Shown here in pieces: positions 56,701-57,698 of a stretch of DNA of 57,698 nucleotides. The position numbers were made by a program, and so were the translations under genes. This DNA is from Minisyncoccota bacterium (lineage in GTDB: Bacteria; Patescibacteriota; Minisyncoccia; Moranbacterales; GCA-2747515), in the NCBI GenBank assembly GCA_937936355.1, contig CALDDM010000028.1, positions 1 to 57,698 on the forward strand, given 5' to 3'. The first letter of the stretch is position 1, and every line of letters starts with the position of its first letter. The notes beneath the pieces were generated by a model. The model searched no databases. It was given only the letters and a program-made list of their open reading frames with translations, and was not told the origin of the DNA.

Positions 56701-56860
56701 CTTTGAGGTCACGGTAAAGAAGATCAATACGACAGCGGGTAATTGTATTATCGATGGTAGTGGCGCTGAACTTATCGATGGTGCTGCTACACTTACGATC
56801 TCTGATAGTTACGATGCGTATACTGTGATGTCGGATGGCACGAGCTGGTGGGTTAAATAA
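50756..56860 (+). CDS. Giant (~2030 aa) membrane-anchored fibre/adhesin-like repeat protein
   Basis: Anchor 'IHFIVIAVFLAASFGGW'. Two YadA-head/tail-fibre-like blocks ('NTALG…NTAVG…'), six 33-aa CX6C modules, many '(V/L)GIGxxxPxxxLDVxG' motifs, and a C-terminal ~90-aa domain ending 'SDGTSWWVK'. Start moved from 50642 to ATG 50756. Confidence 0.8.
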   Translation: MDFPRKTKKIHFIVIAVFLAASFGGWESAHTFVEPSSTPPNGNVGAPVTIQSPGQTKAGSLTVNTDGVASEGLVVDKGEFEVRDGESSFSNGTYSDPDSGNSYDAKFGGSNRGVAVRGTSVFLGPVGIVDTTPDGTLSLDVDGEIGAQSYCDEDGSNCYTVLELLNGGAGSIDSLSDGVSDETTNVFLGTGAGAGDTTAAYNNTSLGIDALNANASGSSNTALGFRSLYRNTSGSNSVAIGYNALRENLTVSSSTAVGASALRSNTTGYGNVAVGFASLYKTTSGGGNTSVGTASLYENLSGASNTAVGGNTLRDNVTGNRNVAVGENALRLVTQGSDNATLGYRAGYNVTTSNNNTFIGAYAGDDVTSGARNISIGYGSEVANPTASDQLSIGNFIYGTGLNGYDTAISPGRIGLGTKTPEQQLDVSAPGYAGLRVGTSSNSGNNAFIEIEGARTTSTTENISSVRFNNNDAGADYEGARIAIRNSDAVSGTANTDLVVSTNNNTGPQQAMLIDDQGNVAIGPTADPQAKLDVIGDIVSRNGGNEIVRINNTDDFTAEPDIQIFTDGGVAAEGDLNLNIDSDSDEVDRALKINSNGNNASATELARFNEDGTVGIGDATPDGTLKLDVEGQIGATEYCDENGANCVPAGSTAATNFLALTDTPATSTAGSIYFGDGTNVAEDNANLFWDDVNNRLGIGKSAPGVTLDIDGTTAIAGGDFNYFFANTGAGSVQIPYRMKANDGVGNFHVYINTNGGASPIYDSNGFAYHEVYNPADGQYRVQTAVSGTQGTPLTWQDAFTVAGNATVGVGDTTPDGSLKLDVQGQVGATEYCDENGANCTPAGSLSGSDTFLGLTDTPATSTAGSIYFGDGLNVAEDNANLFYDDTNNRLGLGTTLPEARLQLGDGAAQANNYIAFGKRLAASQVNLPFIGQDSVDGVENGIGIGASSSNGGVNFYAGSATAFNPANLRMRIDPDGDVGIGDVTPNTGLKLDVEGRVGATEYCDENGANCVLATNLGADGDAWGVDGEDQASDVERAGFVGIGAQATGGASNSVLNLDHHFALDATTRQVYSNTTATSPPLTADRTTYGAQYNILNNKTESGTNDSDANAVYGFVETNGTNTFRTNRGVSGVSYNNSTAATGLGIPIGVQGNARQLANSGNIGNVYGVYGTAAGDTTAGTTSSVSNLYSVYGFATPYRSSASNVRGVYGLAQTSNTYEGDIDNAYGVVGTVRVDSDDGGDITTGFGGYFSTNRRSTANLMGTAYGVYSNVDDATTAYGAVLLANDADATTNVALQLDGALASGSNYGILGQRGDWVLDEDGDGNVAGTGPGGDLVLGEGQDFRLWHDGVNSYMRNEVGDLYITDNGADNVLLSTNGGDVGIGDTTPDATLKLDVEGQIGATEYCDENGLNCIPAGTLGGATTFLGLTDTPATSTAGSIYFGDGVNVSENNASLFWDNVNNRLGLGTATPERDLDIAGLTPFLRLTSTDTGNHVLDDEFSGIEFYTEDPDHPNQPGVSGYIKSVHTRAGASHAYADAGLTFGTQNSSGAAQERLRITHDGKVGIGDTTPNSSLLLDVEGRVGATEYCDQNGANCRVVTDLSQVQVINDLGDAKTNGNSVFLGDNAGNLDDGANQNTAVGAAAMDAVVSGLYNSAFGYGALTTATGNSNTAVGRLALRYTTTGTNNSALGRDALEQNTTGGSNSALGMQALHSNTEGSSNVGIGRNSMFANTTGIQNVGVGAYVLDANVTGFNNTAVGYAALGASTGTGNVGIGQGTGDQLTAGNYNVAIGYRSQVASSTGSNQLSIGNIIYGTAIDGTGTSISTGNVGIGIKSPSAKLDVAGTSTNATALRLRAGDVASQSDSSQIVMAFNASENYSHAIKTRHNASAVENNAIDLFVWDQGVDAAATVGTKKVATFDARHDGAVGIGTDQPVTNLDVDGGVAFATRTIAAATTITTGDNMILCNAGNVNRTLTLPTAASAPGFEVTVKKINTTAGNCIIDGSGAELIDGAATLTISDSYDAYTVMSDGTSWWVK
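51131..51229 (+). repeat. 33-aa CX6C module, copy 1 (VGIVDTTPDGTLSLDVDGEIGAQSYCDEDGSNC)
   Basis: Most divergent copy. Confidence 0.8.
51272..52039 (+). repeat. YadA-head/tail-fibre-like block, copy 1
   Basis: 'DSLSDGVSDETTNVFLG…(NTxxG/ALxxN repeats)…DQLSIGNFIYGTGL…IGLGTKTPEQQLDVS'; collinear with 55568-56278. Confidence 0.7.
52595..52693 (+). repeat. 33-aa CX6C module, copy 2 (VGIGDATPDGTLKLDVEGQIGATEYCDENGANC)
   Basis: Followed by the 'FLALTDTPATSTAGSIYFGDG…NNRLGIG' extension. Confidence 0.9.
53174..53272 (+). repeat. 33-aa CX6C module, copy 3 (VGVGDTTPDGSLKLDVQGQVGATEYCDENGANC)
   Basis: Followed by the 'FLGLTDTPATSTAGSIYFGDG…' extension. 53321-53361 is identical to 55037-55077 (41 nt). 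Confidence 0.9.
53687..53785 (+). repeat. 33-aa CX6C module, copy 4 (VGIGDVTPNTGLKLDVEGRVGATEYCDENGANC)
   Basis: No TDTP extension. Confidence 0.9.
54890..54988 (+). repeat. 33-aa CX6C module, copy 5 (VGIGDTTPDATLKLDVEGQIGATEYCDENGLNC)
   Basis: Followed by the 'FLGLTDTPATSTAGSIYFGDG…' extension. Confidence 0.9.
55436..55534 (+). repeat. 33-aa CX6C module, copy 6 (VGIGDTTPNSSLLLDVEGRVGATEYCDQNGANC)
   Basis: Immediately precedes the second YadA-like block. Confidence 0.9.
55568..56278 (+). repeat. YadA-head/tail-fibre-like block, copy 2
   Basis: 'INDLGDAKTNGNSVFLG…NQLSIGNIIYGTAI…VGIGIKSPSAKLDVAG'. Confidence 0.7.
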
Positions 56861-56882
56861 GTTTGTACCCTCGGATATATAC

Positions 56883-57698
56883 ATGAAAACAAGCAATCAC
56901 AAAAGAAGAATTACGCGAGCTCTGTGGGTATGTGCTAGCTTTTTCGTTTTTGTGCCGTCTGCGACGTATGTCTCATCGACATATATCGTCGAAGACCCTA
57001 ATGACCATACTTTGGATGGTGTGACGACAAATGGTAATACTACAACCAATGATATTGGCACGGGATCTTTTACGATTGGTGCGACAGAGAAACTTCTTTT
57101 CTCTAATTACACTTCTACAAATGATCATATACAGCTTTGGTGGGCTGGCGCTGCTGCGGGTTACGGCATTGGTGTTGAAGGCGGCACTGTATACAATCGC
57201 GCTGCTGGTCAACATCGGTGGTACATTGCTGAGATTGCAAGTGGTGGTACGACGGAGAATATGGAGCTTGATGTTGATAGTCTTAATTTTAATAATAAGG
57301 AAGCGATTCGGTATAGCGATGCGTGGCTTAGATTCAATCAGGCATCAGGATTTGCAAATGGTACGCACACTCCTTTGCTTTTGCGTGCTGACGGTGGATT
57401 CCAAGTAGATGGGAAGCAAGTTATTGATTCTTCTGGTGCGGTCCATGAGGCACACTATCCAAATGCCACACGCTACGGATACTTTGCAGCACATAATGGA
57501 TCAGCTGCTCGCGGCATGTACCTTGGCTGGGGCAATGGTGCTAGTACTGTTGATCTCAATCTCGATGCGGCAAGTATTCTCAATATAACTGGTGGTGATG
57601 TCGGTATCGGAGATTCAACACCGGACGGATCATTGGTATTGGATGTGGAAGGCCAAGTTGGTGCGACAGAGTACTGTGATGAGAATGGTGCGAATTGT
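56883..57698 (+). CDS. Second fibre-like protein, 5' part only (runs off the window end); not in the ORF track
   Basis: My own translation: ATG 56883, 272 codons without a stop to the last base. Signal anchor 'ALWVCASFFVFVPSATYV'. Ends in a seventh CX6C module. Confidence 0.75.
   Translation, partial: MKTSNHKRRITRALWVCASFFVFVPSATYVSSTYIVEDPNDHTLDGVTTNGNTTTNDIGTGSFTIGATEKLLFSNYTSTNDHIQLWWAGAAAGYGIGVEGGTVYNRAAGQHRWYIAEIASGGTTENMELDVDSLNFNNKEAIRYSDAWLRFNQASGFANGTHTPLLLRADGGFQVDGKQVIDSSGAVHEAHYPNATRYGYFAAHNGSAARGMYLGWGNGASTVDLNLDAASILNITGGDVGIGDSTPDGSLVLDVEGQVGATEYCDENGANC
57600..57698 (+). repeat. 33-aa CX6C module, copy 7 (VGIGDSTPDGSLVLDVEGQVGATEYCDENGANC)
   Basis: The window terminates exactly on the final Cys codon of the module. 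Confidence 0.9.

Noticed and set aside
1-57698. Alternative genetic code (UGA recoding as in Gracilibacteria/Absconditabacteria)
   Set aside because: Conserved genes terminate at UGA where expected (e.g. the MFS-like gene at 24813-24815), and all housekeeping ORFs are intact under code 11.

Overview
This 57.7 kb window looks like bacterial chromosome under the standard genetic code; UGA is used as a stop codon. By inference only, gene content suggests a small-genome Patescibacteria/CPR (Parcubacteria-like) organism. Supporting traits are many short type IV pilins, DUF4012, split ComEC, giant repeat-rich surface proteins, reduced aaRS architecture and about 40-45% GC. Layout: (1) secE-nusG-rplK-rplA at 0.3-2.7 kb. 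(2) A compact dTTP-synthesis module at 2.8-7.5 kb (kinase-dcd-thyA-folA-kinase-tmk-dut), then gatB. (3) Four tandem 'type IV pilin + ~60-aa single-pass membrane protein' cassettes at 9.0-12.4 kb; the third small ORF is missing from the supplied ORF track. (4) A cell-envelope/rhamnose glycan block at 13.0-25.8 kb (SanA-like, DUF4012, fused GT-B/GT-A glycosyltransferase, TagA-like, rmlC-rmlB-halfMFS-rmlD), interleaved with gltX and a NUDIX gene. (5) Only then rplJ-rplL, with its own promoter and leader and no rpoBC after it. (6) mutY-like and ispH, then a minus-strand block miaA, thrS, dnaE, cysS, corA and an ABC-2 exporter. thrS has a recognisable T-box riboswitch that moves its start codon. 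(7) ogt, tRNA-Ala(UGC), tRNA-Ile(GAU) and a two-gene split ComEC. (8) A secreted/surface-protein island at 44.5-57.7 kb, interrupted by ssrA(tmRNA)-smpB. It holds a pectate-lyase-like protein with Cys-rich repeats and an internal 306-bp tandem duplication, a GW-repeat protein, a ~2030-aa fibre-like protein, and a truncated paralog running off the window end. The last two share seven copies of a 33-aa CX6C module. No CRISPR array, rRNA, transposase or integrase was seen. The best candidates for undescribed biology are the pilin/mini-protein cassettes and the modular CX6C fibre proteins.
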